A stretch of DNA of 64,000 bases from Octopus bimaculoides (GCF_001194135.2 NC_068986.1:22721471-22785470); one strand, 5' to 3'. Counted from the stretch's first letter, positions 1 through 12,699 are shown. A program made the numbers and translations. Notes: generated from the letters alone by a model not told the origin.

Positions 1-1
1 G

Positions 2-169
<168 letters not shown>

Positions 170-505
170 TAGACCATTCCTTTATGTCTTGACTCCTGAT
201 TTTTCCCCCCACTTACCCCACTTCAAGGATGCAGATTTAAGTTGATAGAATCAAAAATATTTTGCCCAAACAGTTGTTTGAAAGCTTATACCCTTAATAA
301 TTGCAGCCCAATAAAAATGTTATATAATTACACATACATACATATACATATTTGTTTGTGTATCTGTGTGTATGTGTGAGTGTGTGTGTGTTTATGAATG
401 CTATATATGTAAACATCTAGGTTGGGGGGTGGTTAGGCCACCAAGAAGAGAAAAACTTAAAAGTATTTGGTCTGAATATCACTATATTTTGTCTTTGTGT
501 GTGTG

Positions 506-552
<47 letters not shown>

Positions 553-658
553 ATGTTTATACATATATCTCTGTATATTTGTGCATATATGTATGTTTTG
601 CATATATGTATATTATGTATATAAATATGTGTATATATCAATGTATGTATGTATATAT

Positions 659-921
659 ATGCCTGGGAAAAGCACCACTGATGCTATATTTCTGGTAAGA
701 CAGCTTCAAGAGAAATACCTAGCCAAGGATAAACCTCTGTATCTGGCTTTCGTTGACATGGAGAAAGCCTTTGACATGGTCCCCCGATCCCTCATCTGGT
801 GGTCAATGAGGAAACTAGGGATAGAAGAATGGTTAGTGAGAGCTGTGCGAGCCATGTACAGAGGCGCTGTCAGTAAGGTGAGGGTTGGCAATGAGTACAC
901 TGAAGAATTCCGGGTAGAGGA
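659..921 (+). mobile_element. RTE-clade LINE reverse transcriptase fragment
   Basis: PGKSTTDAIFLVRQLQEKY..LYLAFVDMEKAFDMVPRSLIWWSMRKLGI = non-LTR RT motifs 2-3. Confidence 0.9.
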
Positions 922-1040
922 AGACCTCATCCCAGGTCTTCCTGGGCCTACCTCTTCCACAGGTTCCCTCAACTGCTAGGGTGTGGCACTTTTTCACACA
1001 GCTATCCTCATCCACTCTCGCCACATGACCATACCAGCGC
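922..1040 (-). mobile_element. RTE-clade LINE C-terminal fragment (opposite orientation)
   Basis: LRWYGHVARVDEDSCVKKC..VEGTCGRGRPRKTWDEV, the typical RTE ORF end. Confidence 0.85.
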
Positions 1041-1044
1041 AATC

Positions 1045-1330
1045 CGAGCGAGATCGTTGCCAGTGCCGCTGGACTGGCTCCTGTGCAGGTGGCATGTAAA
1101 ATACACCATTTTGAGCGTGGCCATTGCCAGTACCGCCTGACAGGATTTTGTGCTGGTGGCACGTAAAAGCATCCACTACACTCTCGGAGTGGTTGGCGTT
1201 AGGAAGGGCATCCAGCTGTAGAAACTCTGCCATACCAGATTGGAGCCTGATGTGGCCATCTGGTTCACCAGTCCTCAGTCAAAACGTCCAACCCATGCTA
1301 GCATGGAAAGCGGACGTTAAACGATGATGA
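1045..1330 (+). mobile_element. SINE-like repeat, family C (tail ..catgctagcatggaaagcggacgttaaac(gat)n)
   Basis: The same sequence recurs at about 1436-1531(-), 6925-7020, 24350-24530, 30850-30946, 33573-33890, 35200-35390, 38020-38275. Confidence 0.8.
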
Positions 1331-1341
1331 TATATATATAT

Positions 1342-1375
<34 letters not shown>

Positions 1376-2148
1376 ACATACACACACACACACACCATAG
1401 CGGTTAACAGTTTATAGGAATGGCCAGGCCACGTCATCATCATCATCATCGTCGTCTAACGTCCGCTTTCCATGCTAGCATGGGTTGGACGATTTGACTG
1501 AGGACTGGTGAAACCAGATGGCTACATCAGGCTCAAAGAATTCAAGGGGTTATGTTTTAGTGTCAAAACCTTTGATTTAAAGCAATGGGCCTGACAAAAT
1601 ATATATTCTGTATTACCTGGAGGCTTGCCAGAGCTCTCTCTCTCTCTCTCTGTGTCTCTCTGATGCAACTTTGGTTAAAACCAGGTGTGTATTTTGTTAG
1701 GTTAGAATTTGCATATGTGTGCTAATGTATGTAAAATCGTATAATGTATATATTCTAAAAGTATATATATGTAAGTATTATCTGATTAATACTAAATTCA
1801 TTGGCTAAGGGAACAGATGTGTTTATCATATCAAGAAATGGTGGTCGTTTCTGATCAGCCAGGCATCTGAAGTGGACTGTTAATTTTTGATATAGCAGAC
1901 ATATCTTATAAATATATATATAGATGTGTATGTATATAATGATATGTGTATATGTATATATACATGTGAGAGTTAGTGTACATACATTTAAAGCTGTTTG
2001 TGTGTGTGCATACACATATATGTACATACATACACATATTTTTGGTTAGTTATATAGCTCTCTAAATGATTAAATGCTTCACCTAAAGAAATTAAGATGT
2101 GCCCTGTGAAACTCATTTGTGTGTCTAGCTACCTTGCATGTGTGCATA

Positions 2149-2179
<31 letters not shown>

Positions 2180-2552
2180 GTGTACATACGTGTAAACAAT
2201 TATATAGAAAATAGCTTCCTCTTTTGCATCAAACAGAGATTTGTTGTGGAATGTAATAAATCTCATTGTATAGCTACACAGATCTCTTTGCTGTGAAAGA
2301 CTTAATCATAAGACACCTGTTTATTTGTATATATATATATCTGCACACACACACAAATACTTAAACCACTTTGGTGGTAGTTCAACTGGCAATGTGCCAG
2401 CCGAAGCACAAAAACGGAACTTTCGTGGTTGTGCCCAGCCATCCTTTTACCACTCTCTTTTATTCCTTTGTCACATTTTCTGTGGAGCTAAACATTCCTC
2501 AGCTAACTGATGCCATGCCATGGATTTGGTGTACTGAGATTTCTGTTTCACA

Positions 2553-2593
<41 letters not shown>

Positions 2594-3540
2594 NNNNNNN
2601 NNNNNNNNNNNNNNNNNNNNNNNNNNNNNNNNNNNNNNNNNNNNNNNNNNNNNNNNNNNNNNNNNNNNNNNNNNNNNNNNNNNNNNNNNNNNNNNNNNNN
2701 NNNNNNNNNNNNNNNNNNNNNNNNNNNNNNNNNNNNNNNNNNNNNNNNNNNNNNNNNNNNNNNNNNNNNNNNNNNNNNNNNNNNNNNNNNNNNNNNNNNN
2801 NNNNNNNNNNNNNNNNNNNNNNNNNNNNNNNNNNNNNNNNNNNNNNNNNNNNNNNNNNNNNNNNNNNNNNNNNNNNNNNNNNNNNNNNNNNNNNNNNNNN
2901 NNNNNNNNNNNNNNNNNNNNNNNNNNNNNNNNNNNNNNNNNNNNNNNNNNNNNNNNNNNNNNNNNNNNNNNNNNNNNNNNNNNNNNNNNNNNNNNNNNNN
3001 NNNNNNNNNNNNNNNNNNNNNNNNNNNNNNNNNNNNNNNNNNNNNNNNNNNNNNNNNNNNNNNNNNNNNNNNNNNNNNNNNNNNNNNNNNNNNNNNNNNN
3101 NNNNNNNNNNNNNNNNNNNNNNNNNNNNNNNNNNNNNNNNNNNNNNNNNNNNNNNNNNNNNNNNNNNNNNNNNNNNNNNNNNNNNNNNNNNNNNNNNNNN
3201 NNNNNNNNNNNNNNNNNNNNNNNNNNNNNNNNNNNNNNNNNNNNNNNNNNNNNNNNNNNNNNNNNNNNNNNNNNNNNNNNNNNNNNNNNNNNNNNNNNNN
3301 NNNNNNNNNNNNNNNNNNNNNNNNNNNNNNNNNNNNNNNNNNNNNNNNNNNNNNNNNNNNNNNNNNNNNNNNNNNNNNNNNNNNNNNNNNNNNNNNNNNN
3401 NNNNNNNNNNNNNNNNNNNNNNNNNNNNNNNNNNNNNNNNNNNNNNNNNNNNNNNNNNNNNNNNNNNNNNNNNNNNNNNNNNNNNNNNNNNNNNNNNNNN
3501 NNNNNNNNNNNNNNNNNNNNNNNNNNNNNNNNNNNNNNNN
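2594..3540. other. Assembly gap (largest of 12 N-runs)
   Basis: Others at 6127-6136, 6753-6913, 8573-8671, 15712-16459, 28233-28242, 32652-32661, 39131-39230, 47107-47425, 50333-51116, 51972-52461, 54095-54104; most are flanked by dinucleotide microsatellites. Confidence 0.99.
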
Positions 3541-6033
3541 CCATCAGACATTGGGTGGGTTTGCTTCTTTCAAGTTCTGTATCCAGTTTAGCACAGTAGC
3601 TTCTATTCACACTCACTTTTTTGTTACTAATTCCATTTTCTTATTTTTTTTTTATTTTATCAGTTTGTGTAAAAAAAAAAAAAAAAATACAACAAAAAAT
3701 GTTTTAATCAGGAAAAAGGGAAAAGTTAAAAAAAACAACAAAAGCATTTGTAGTATTTTGTGTGCCTAGCTTCAAAAGATTCCATACAGAGTATACACAG
3801 AAGATCTTTACAAATGAACACCCTTGCCTTTTGGCTCGCTCAGTTTGAGTTTCACTAGTTAGAGTTGGTTAACGATGTAATGATACTAATTTCTTAACGG
3901 TTTGTGTCATTGTGGAGATGGTGCTTCTGTCAGGTCTTTCACCTTAGTCATTTTATTTTGATACATACATACATACATGCATGCATGCATGCACAATTGA
4001 AAATGAGTAAAAGGATTGTGGATATGCGTAGTAGAGTTTATTTGTTTGAAGCTAATAATTCCCTTCTGTTGTTCATTTGTTCAGGTGACAAGATGAACAA
4101 ATGAAAAATTGAATCATCAACTTCGAATGAACACATATATATTCCTTTTGTGGTTTCAGCCATTAGATTGTAGCCATACTGTAGCACTTCTTCTAGTGTA
4201 TTACACTGATTATCCCCACCCTCCACAATATTTATTTTCTTGACCTCAAGAATGACAGGCAAAGTGGAGGCCTAGCTAGGATTTGAAGTCAGACTGTAGA
4301 AGGGAGGTAATGAAATGTCATGGATTTTTTGGTTGTCTTTCTTCTGTGTTTGTACCAGTTTGGAGTTACAGAGAATGGTTAAAGCTTTGGTAATAATATT
4401 AGATATATATCTAACCATTTTATATACACTTCTTCAAAACTTTTCTTCACACTACACTCACTTCTGAATTATACCAAGAAATTGTACCCTAATTTCTCTC
4501 TAGTATTTACTTAAAATATATCAGAATTTTCCATTAACTTCAGTACTTTATTTTGTGTTGGTTAAAGAATTATAACACTGTTCATTAGTTTCCCTATACC
4601 CATTAAAGCCCCTATTTTGAGTGGGGACGGGGGCACACACACACACACACACACACACACGACAAAGATATATGGCATTTTTTTTTTTTTTTCGTAAAGA
4701 AATAATAATTTATTGTTGATCTTATTGTTGTATGTTTCCGGAGCACCAGTTCAAACTGTTTGGTCATGTTGATTGATTTTCTGAGTTAGATCTTGCTTTC
4801 TGTGTTCTCTTCTCCGAGGACCTGACTGGGTTGGTGGCTCATGTTGGTCAACTGCACGCCATACAATCATGGCAGATGAGGAGGTGTCTTGCAGAGATGA
4901 GGACTGACTGGGACTCTGCTTGACAACTTGCCTGGGAGGACCCAGGAATATAGCAACAGATGGTGAATGCAGCAATGTGCTGCTGTGGGTCATGTTCCCA
5001 ACACCTGACCTGATCTTCGAGGATGGATGTTTTTTGTTTTTTTCCCCCCAGTAGAAAATACTGGTTTTGTTATCTTTGGTAATGTTTTGGGGGTTGAATA
5101 TTCTAAAGAGTTTTTCTCAGTTATTTAAAAGAGAACTTCTGAATTTTTTGATTCATTTGAAAATGTTTAAATTTGGCTAAATTTATGAAGATGAAATTTT
5201 TCTTTCTTTCTTTCTTCAGACTTCCTAACTTCTGTTTGGGTGCACATAAACCCTTTTACTCATAATAAACGACCTTCTTATCAAGTCTTTCTCTCTCATA
5301 CACCTTACACACATAATTACACATTAATATTCCTCGTAATACAGTCTATAATTTAAATTATTATTTAATTCAAGAATGTTAATTGTGTAATACATCAGCA
5401 AATATTTTATGGTATCTGAATTGTTTTATATTTAGTACTTTGTTAGGGTAAGTGTTTTAACATTGGCTACATTTTGTAATTTAGTTAATTAAAATTGTTG
5501 TCATTCAGGTTTTGATTAAAAAAACTAAACATTAGCCTAAACTTAAATGCTTGTTAGTTTTCTCTATACTACTACTATTACTATTACAACTACTACGACT
5601 GCCTGTCATAAGTATCCAATACAACACTATTGTCTTCTATATTATATCTGTCTATTAGCTCTCATCAGTACTCAAAAGTTGTCAGACCAGCAATTTTACT
5701 GTCAAAATGACTGAAATGCCTTGGGAATCTGGGCTCTCGTTTTTCAATTGTTATTGGTTATAATGAAACTGGTTGCTCTATGATGACTTCCCAACTGCGG
5801 CAGTGTTGTTTTACTTAGTTGACCCGCTGATCAGCTCACATGGCTATTTTTGTTGGTTGGTGATCAGTGCCAACTAAGTATAGGATCCTGTATCTCTACT
5901 CCATATTGTTATTGCCAAAAACTATGCACACAAATTATTTGGATGCAAATTTCTTCCATAAAAATCATACCGATTTCTTGATTTTTATTAAGATACTAAA
6001 TATTTCATTTTTGATCTTATGTATTCTTTATTG

Positions 6034-6074
<41 letters not shown>

Positions 6075-7226
6075 TAACTATGGATTTATATTAAATTGAT
6101 TAAGTACTTTTTAAAATTGATTTTTTNNNNNNNNNNATTGTTACCCTTCCCTTTCTCACATATGACCTGCTCTTTATCGAAAATAATGGAAAAAGAAAAA
6201 AAAAGCATATTCAGAATAATAATGCAGAATATTTTGAGACTTCACACATGCAGTTGCATCTCTTGTGTAATAAAATTTTTAAATGAACAGATATCAATTT
6301 GTACAGTCCTATTATTTACCTGGTTTCTTGTCTAACATTATATCCGTGAATGTTTTATTATGTTATTTTTTTTTTGTTAATGTTTTATATATTTATGTAT
6401 TTCAGTTTTTAAACCATTAATTTTGCTTAATGATAATTGAAAACTAATTTGTGTGTATGCCACCACACCTCTCTCATACACTGGTTAAAGAACAACAGCA
6501 ATATCAGATAAATTATTTTCGTTTATAGGTTGAATTGCTCTTTGATGTTAAGTCAGGATGAAGAAAGAATGCGATGAAACATGAAAATTTTTTAATTTGT
6601 GAAATCTCATCCTCTATGCTAGAAATTCACTCCAGCTGGTGAAATATTTTGATCATTACTGTAGCACTAATAAAACTGCCCTATATCCATAAGACTAACC
6701 ATATTTTCTTTATATATGAGCATGCATATATATATATATATATATATATATANNNNNNNNNNNNNNNNNNNNNNNNNNNNNNNNNNNNNNNNNNNNNNNN
6801 NNNNNNNNNNNNNNNNNNNNNNNNNNNNNNNNNNNNNNNNNNNNNNNNNNNNNNNNNNNNNNNNNNNNNNNNNNNNNNNNNNNNNNNNNNNNNNNNNNNN
6901 NNNNNNNNNNNNNATATATATAATGAGCCTGGTGTCGCCTCTTGGTCCACCAGGCCTCAGTCAAATTGTCCCACCCATGCTAGCATGGAAAGCGGACATT
7001 AAACGACGACGACGATGATGATAAAAATATACATAATTTGTGTGTGTCTGTATATATACACATATCACATGTATTATATTTATACTTACACATGCATAAA
7101 TATACACATGCAAACTATACAAATGTATACACACAAAATGTTTACATATATGTGTATGTGTGTGAGTCTATAAGTATTTGTATGTGTGTGTGAATGTATA
7201 TGTATGTATGTACATATATATATATG

Positions 7227-7269
<43 letters not shown>

Positions 7270-8157
7270 ACAATGTGAATTTAATGTGACCTCTAATTGT
7301 AGTTAAAATTTAGTAATATATTCAATCTTGCATAATGCAACTCTAAGTTCGGTTGGTTACTTATATTGTAAATGCTGTCATATATTATTTATTATTTTAC
7401 ATCCATACTTTCATTGTCAGGATGTAAAACTGAAGATAATGTAAGTTTCACACCTTAATCTTTTGAAATTAATAATTTTAAACAATGGAGTGTGAATTGA
7501 GCGCATGCTGGCAGTGTGCTAAATGAATTAATAATTGCCATTAATGTATTCACTATGCGTACAGCGTTCCATAGCTGCAGGCAACAAAGTAAATACATTC
7601 ATCATTAAATATTTTGGGGATTGTTCCCTTCAGTGTCTTTGTTTGCAATTATTATTATTATTATTATTATTATTATTGTACATTTGAATACAATCATACC
7701 CTCCAATTTTAACTCTGGGATTTCATATTGAATTTCCCATTTTACACACAAACACACACATCAACATGATTGTAATTTTAATGTCCAATTTTCTAAAGCT
7801 TGCATGAACAGGTTTTTGTCCAGTGCCATTTGTTTTGGGGCTGGGTACTTATTACCAGCCACTTTACACTATGGGTTGAGTGTATTTTATTGTGCCACCT
7901 GCACCAGAGCAGCTCACTCACTGTCAAGACTAAAGTGTCCTGCTTTTTCTAGATGAGCTGCCTTTTCTGAGGCTAGGTGAGTTGGTGACTCTTCTGCATG
8001 GTTAGGACAGAGCCATTTTTGTTAATTGTTGGAATTATTTAGGTTACCCAAATTCTGAAAAAAGTTGCCTTCATTGCAGCCTGAAGCCATGTACATCCTT
8101 GTGTGAGTGTGTGTATAATGCTTTCGTCCGTGTATGTGTGTGCAAGTATACATATAC

Positions 8158-8201
<44 letters not shown>

Positions 8202-10695
8202 AATATATAAAATCTTTCTTTCCATTCTGTGCTCCTCTGGCTCTACTGTGCATTAATTTGTGCTTGGATGGTTGTAGAGGCAACATATCAGTTTTTCTAT
8301 GAGAAGGGGTTGCTAGTCCCTTACCCAACCATTCAACATTTCTGGAAAAAAGGGTCACTGCTTATGGTGCCTCCTTCCCAAGACGCTTATTCTAGTGCAA
8401 TGTACCCCATTCTAAGAAATTGTGGAAGAAAGGGAGAGAAATAGATAGAGAGGAGTCAGGTTTTCGATATTGATAAAGTATCTGATTGGTACTTTATTAC
8501 TCTTTGAAGGACGAAGGACAAAGTTGTCCTAGGCAGGATTTGAACCTCGGAGCACAGAAAGCTGGAGCAAATNNNNNNNNNNNNNNNNNNNNNNNNNNNN
8601 NNNNNNNNNNNNNNNNNNNNNNNNNNNNNNNNNNNNNNNNNNNNNNNNNNNNNNNNNNNNNNNNNNNNNNNNTACACACACCCTGTTCATTTATTATCTA
8701 CTGTATATATTTTAACACTAGTTCTAGATGGATATTTCAGCCAAATACTGCTTCAACTAAGCATAAATTCTGTTCTTGATGGGCAAAATAACTTGTTCCC
8801 CATGGGTTTCTTTTGCCTTTATCTAATTTCTAATAAAGAACTACTAATAACGAACTCTTGACTATGTTAATTCGATTAAGATCTATATACATTGTTTACT
8901 TTTTCATGTTTGTTAAATTTAATAATTGTTATCATTCACATCATCATCAACAACATTATCAGCCATCATTTTTTTTTTGCGTGTCTTTTCATGTCTGTTA
9001 ATATTTGAAACAGGAATAAAAAGAAAATTAAAGGGAAACAACTGGTGTGTTTTGCTATCTCAAAGACTAAATCGTTATTTCACCAGTTATAGGAAAAACA
9101 ATGCATCAACAGGAAAACCATTACGAGGTTGTTCGACCTGCAAGAAATAGCAGCCAATAATGTATAAGAACACATTAGATAATCAAGTCCTAGATATGTA
9201 ATGCTGAAAGGGACAGGCATCATGGTTATGGCACAAATTCTTTTGCATATATGTCTGCTTAGTTCAAGCTGTCTTGAAGTTTTAAACAACAAAGCTCATA
9301 TTTTCAGGAGAACATCATTAATGTAGGATACGTCTTGGCGGCACATATGGGGAGCCCTATGGCACACTTAGGAGGGTGGCACATAAGGAATTTCCAGCCC
9401 CTTATTCTTTCTTGATATATACCTACCGTTTATCGGATCACTTAAAAGGATCCTGTCATTTGACTGCACCCATGTTAGGACACTACTTCTGGAGTTTTAG
9501 ATGCATGTATCAACTTTAATACTTACTAATGTCTATATAATAAGAGACAAAACAAACTTGGTTCCAAGGTCAAGGGAGATAACTTGAAAAATACATCCCT
9601 AAACTACCTACAGAGTAGAGCAATGCCTTGTCAGAGAGAATGCCTTGCAGTATTTGCTCCAGCTTTCTGTGCTCCGAGGTTCAAATCCTGCCTAGGACAA
9701 CCCTTGAACCATGCAGTAGTAAAATGAACTTCACCATAAAACCAACTGCATGAAAATAAAATAAAAACAAAAAAGAATATAACAAAGAATAATGCTTTAA
9801 TTGATTAAATAATTTATATATATATAACCAAATTTATTTGATGTATTACAAAAGTTGAGAAGAAAGTCGTTGATGTATCGATACATGATTATGCATGGTG
9901 GTTACATTTGGCTGAGCAACTAACAAAGTTTAGTTGTTTAAGGTCAGTTCAACTTGTAAAGAACATAGGTGCTGGATTATACTGGGACAGTTATTTGATT
10001 ACATTTCTGGGAGTGCTACAGATTTGCGAAATTTAGCATTACCATCCTGTCTTTAACTGTTATTGAATGTTACAGGAATCTGTAGAAGGTCAAAGTGTAT
10101 AACAGTCACACTGTTGTGATTATAACAACCAAGTCGCTAGTTCGTATATATCATTGTATAATAACGATAATTTGACATAAAAAAAACATCCAGACAAAAG
10201 ATGTATGTATGTGTATATGTATGTATGTATGTGTATATGTATGTATGTATGTATGTGTATATGTATGTATGTTCTGAGGGTAAAGAGGAGACAACTTTGA
10301 GTAACTGGGAATAAATTCTCAATCGTTTACACTTATCATGGCAGGGAAAAGACACTCTGATTTTTGTATCGTTGTTTGAAGCCATGGACAATCACAGGTG
10401 CATTGTTTCATTCCCACCAGCATACCCTAGTCTTAGTTTGTATCTAGATCAGGTTTATACATTCTTCCATATACAAAAAAGGCTTTCGTACATTTTTGGC
10501 CAAGGTAATTTGCGTAATTTAAAACTAAAATTATATTTGTGTATGTATATAAATACATGCATGTTCACTAATCCATTTGTTTCATATTTGTTTTACCATG
10601 CTAGCATGGGTTCGATGGGGTCCTATTTGAGGCAAGATTATATGTTCAGACTCCTTTACTATCGAAAGTCTATGTTTTATGAGTAAAAGAAATTC

Positions 10696-10701
10696 TTTAT
10701 T
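10696..10701 (-). terminator. Candidate polyadenylation signal (AATAAA) for PHLPP
   Basis: AATAAA on the minus strand about 440 nt after the stop codon; the hexamer is common in AT-rich DNA. Confidence 0.25.
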
Positions 10702-11142
10702 TCAGTTTTATGAAAGCACAGAGTGACCAGATATGATGTACAAAAACAGTGGTAAGTGCAGCCATGGAATGTCGACAATGTCTGTGCCTGTGTGTTCACC
10801 CACACATATGAAGTTAATATTCTTATATTTTGGGAAGGCTATACTGATTACAGGAAAGCTTACAAAAATAATCACCAAAACCTGCAGTTAATCATATCTG
10901 GTGATTATATTTACAAGCCCTACTGTAACCAGTATGACTCTTCTAATATATATACTCACTTTAGACAGGGTTTTGTAATTTTCTTTATCACCCCTATAGT
11001 TATATATTTGAAACAATAAGGAATGTATTGAATTGAAGTGTTGGTTGATATTTCTTTTTAACCTACCAGCAGTCTCAACATCTGTTGCATATTTGGTATA
11101 CAGCAGTCTGTATAGTAGAGCGTAAACATGGTTGACATTTTA

Positions 11143-12699
11143 TCAAAGGTAAGATATGATAATGCTGCCAGTGTAATCTCCATCATTGTCTCTACTGTCT
11201 GTAGAATTACTTTCATTGTTGCTAGAATTAGAATGTAATTCTGAGCTTGTGCTAGATGATTTTACATGAATTATTGTAAGGTTTGTTTCTGGATCTGATG
11301 ATGTACTTATAGAATTACATTCCTCATTGCTAGAGTTTGACTGTGTCTCTGAACTTGTCTTGCTAAATGGCTTTATGTAACTTATTGAATGTGATGTTCC
11401 AGGATTTGATGACGTACTTTTAGAATTACTTTCATCATTGCTAGAGTTTGACTGTGTCTCTGAACTTGTCTTGCTAGATGGTTTTATATAATTTACTGGA
11501 TGTGATGTTCCAGGATTTGCTGCTGTCCTTGTACTTGGTGTTGGATCAGTTTTTGGCTGCTCTTTTTCATTTATATGGTACTTGCTTTTGCTGACTTTCT
11601 TTCTGAAGACAGAGTTTTGCTTGGGTTTAGAATTATCTCTGACTATTGGTTGAGTAATTTTAGGCATGTCTCTCACTAGCACCTCAATACTCTGTGAAGG
11701 AATATTGGGTGGAAACATATTTTCAAGGGAGCTATACATTGGCACAGACTGCACAGAACTCAAGCTCCCACTCTTTCCACTATTGAAACGTGCCATTTGC
11801 ATCTTGTAAAATAAAATAGCATCACGGTCAATTCCAGGTGGAATGTCGTACAGACAATCTTCCCTTAATTCTGTAGACGTTTCACTTTGGTCAGTGGATG
11901 TCTTTGTATCAGATTCAGTCTCTACTTGATCTGCATTTTTTTTAATGTTTTTAACAACTGTTGACCTACTATTTCCAGATGTTGGTTCAGTTTCTCTATC
12001 TTTGCTCGCTATCTCTTCCTTTGCTGCCTTTTCTAGTTTTTTTAGCTCGGCATAAACTTCTTTGCTTTTCACCTCTTTGGCAAGTTTTCTCTGTAAAAGT
12101 TCTTCCCATTCATAAATGCTCGTTGTTTCACTGCCAATTTGAGATGCAAGATGAGAGTTCAATGAAATCTCGTTTTCAGTATCTTTTGAGTCAGTCTTTT
12201 TTTTCTTTCTCTCCAATGTTGAATTTTTACTTTCATCTGATTCTTCACTTTCTGCAATGGAACACAAGGCACTAGAATTGTTGCTAGGAAGTGCATCTCT
12301 TAGTGTTTTGTTATGCCACAACTTTGGTGTGAGCTCCCCAACGTTGTTGTTATATAACTGTGGGAAGTTAAATACCTGTGATGGAGTTGGACTAAATGGA
12401 GAAATCTGTAATGGTTTTAAGTTTATAACAACAACGCACAGGTTCTCTGTGGCACCGTATCCTTGAGCAAGATCTTGTAATACTTTGGCACTTACTACTG
12501 GATCTTGGAATGGAGAGATCTGGCTGACAGCTTCCTCAATGCTGATGTATTTCCACAATTCTTGATTAGCTATTATGACGAACTGGTCGTCATGTTGGAG
12601 TTTTATACTGCGAATGTGTGGCTTTGGAATGAGTTGAGGGTAGAGATAACTGCAACCAATCAGTCGTGTACAAGGTGTGATTCCATTGACCAGGCCATC
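11143..12699 (-). CDS. PHLPP: PHLPP coding exon 16 (end of PP2C domain + long Ser-rich tail + stop), 1557 nt
   Basis: ctaaccttctag|GAT; DGLVNGITPCTRLIGCSYLYPQLIPKPHIRSIKL..ANQELWKY..YGATENLCVVVI..SIIISYL-TGA. Confidence 0.92.
   Translation of the reverse strand, partial: DGLVNGITPCTRLIGCSYLYPQLIPKPHIRSIKLQHDDQFVIIANQELWKYISIEEAVSQISPFQDPVVSAKVLQDLAQGYGATENLCVVVINLKPLQISPFSPTPSQVFNFPQLYNNNVGELTPKLWHNKTLRDALPSNNSSALCSIAESEESDESKNSTLERKKKKTDSKDTENEISLNSHLASQIGSETTSIYEWEELLQRKLAKEVKSKEVYAELKKLEKAAKEEIASKDRETEPTSGNSRSTVVKNIKKNADQVETESDTKTSTDQSETSTELREDCLYDIPPGIDRDAILFYKMQMARFNSGKSGSLSSVQSVPMYSSLENMFPPNIPSQSIEVLVRDMPKITQPIVRDNSKPKQNSVFRKKVSKSKYHINEKEQPKTDPTPSTRTAANPGTSHPVNYIKPSSKTSSETQSNSSNDESNSKSTSSNPGTSHSISYIKPFSKTSSETQSNSSNEECNSISTSSDPETNLTIIHVKSSSTSSELHSNSSNNESNSTDSRDNDGDYTGSIIISYL

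Noticed and set aside
2371-3769. Long ORFs of 350-420 aa, and similar ones at 15656-16670, 46869-47652, 50297-51223 and 51926-52590
   Set aside because: They consist of N-gap (X) plus flanking dinucleotide repeats; no coding evidence.
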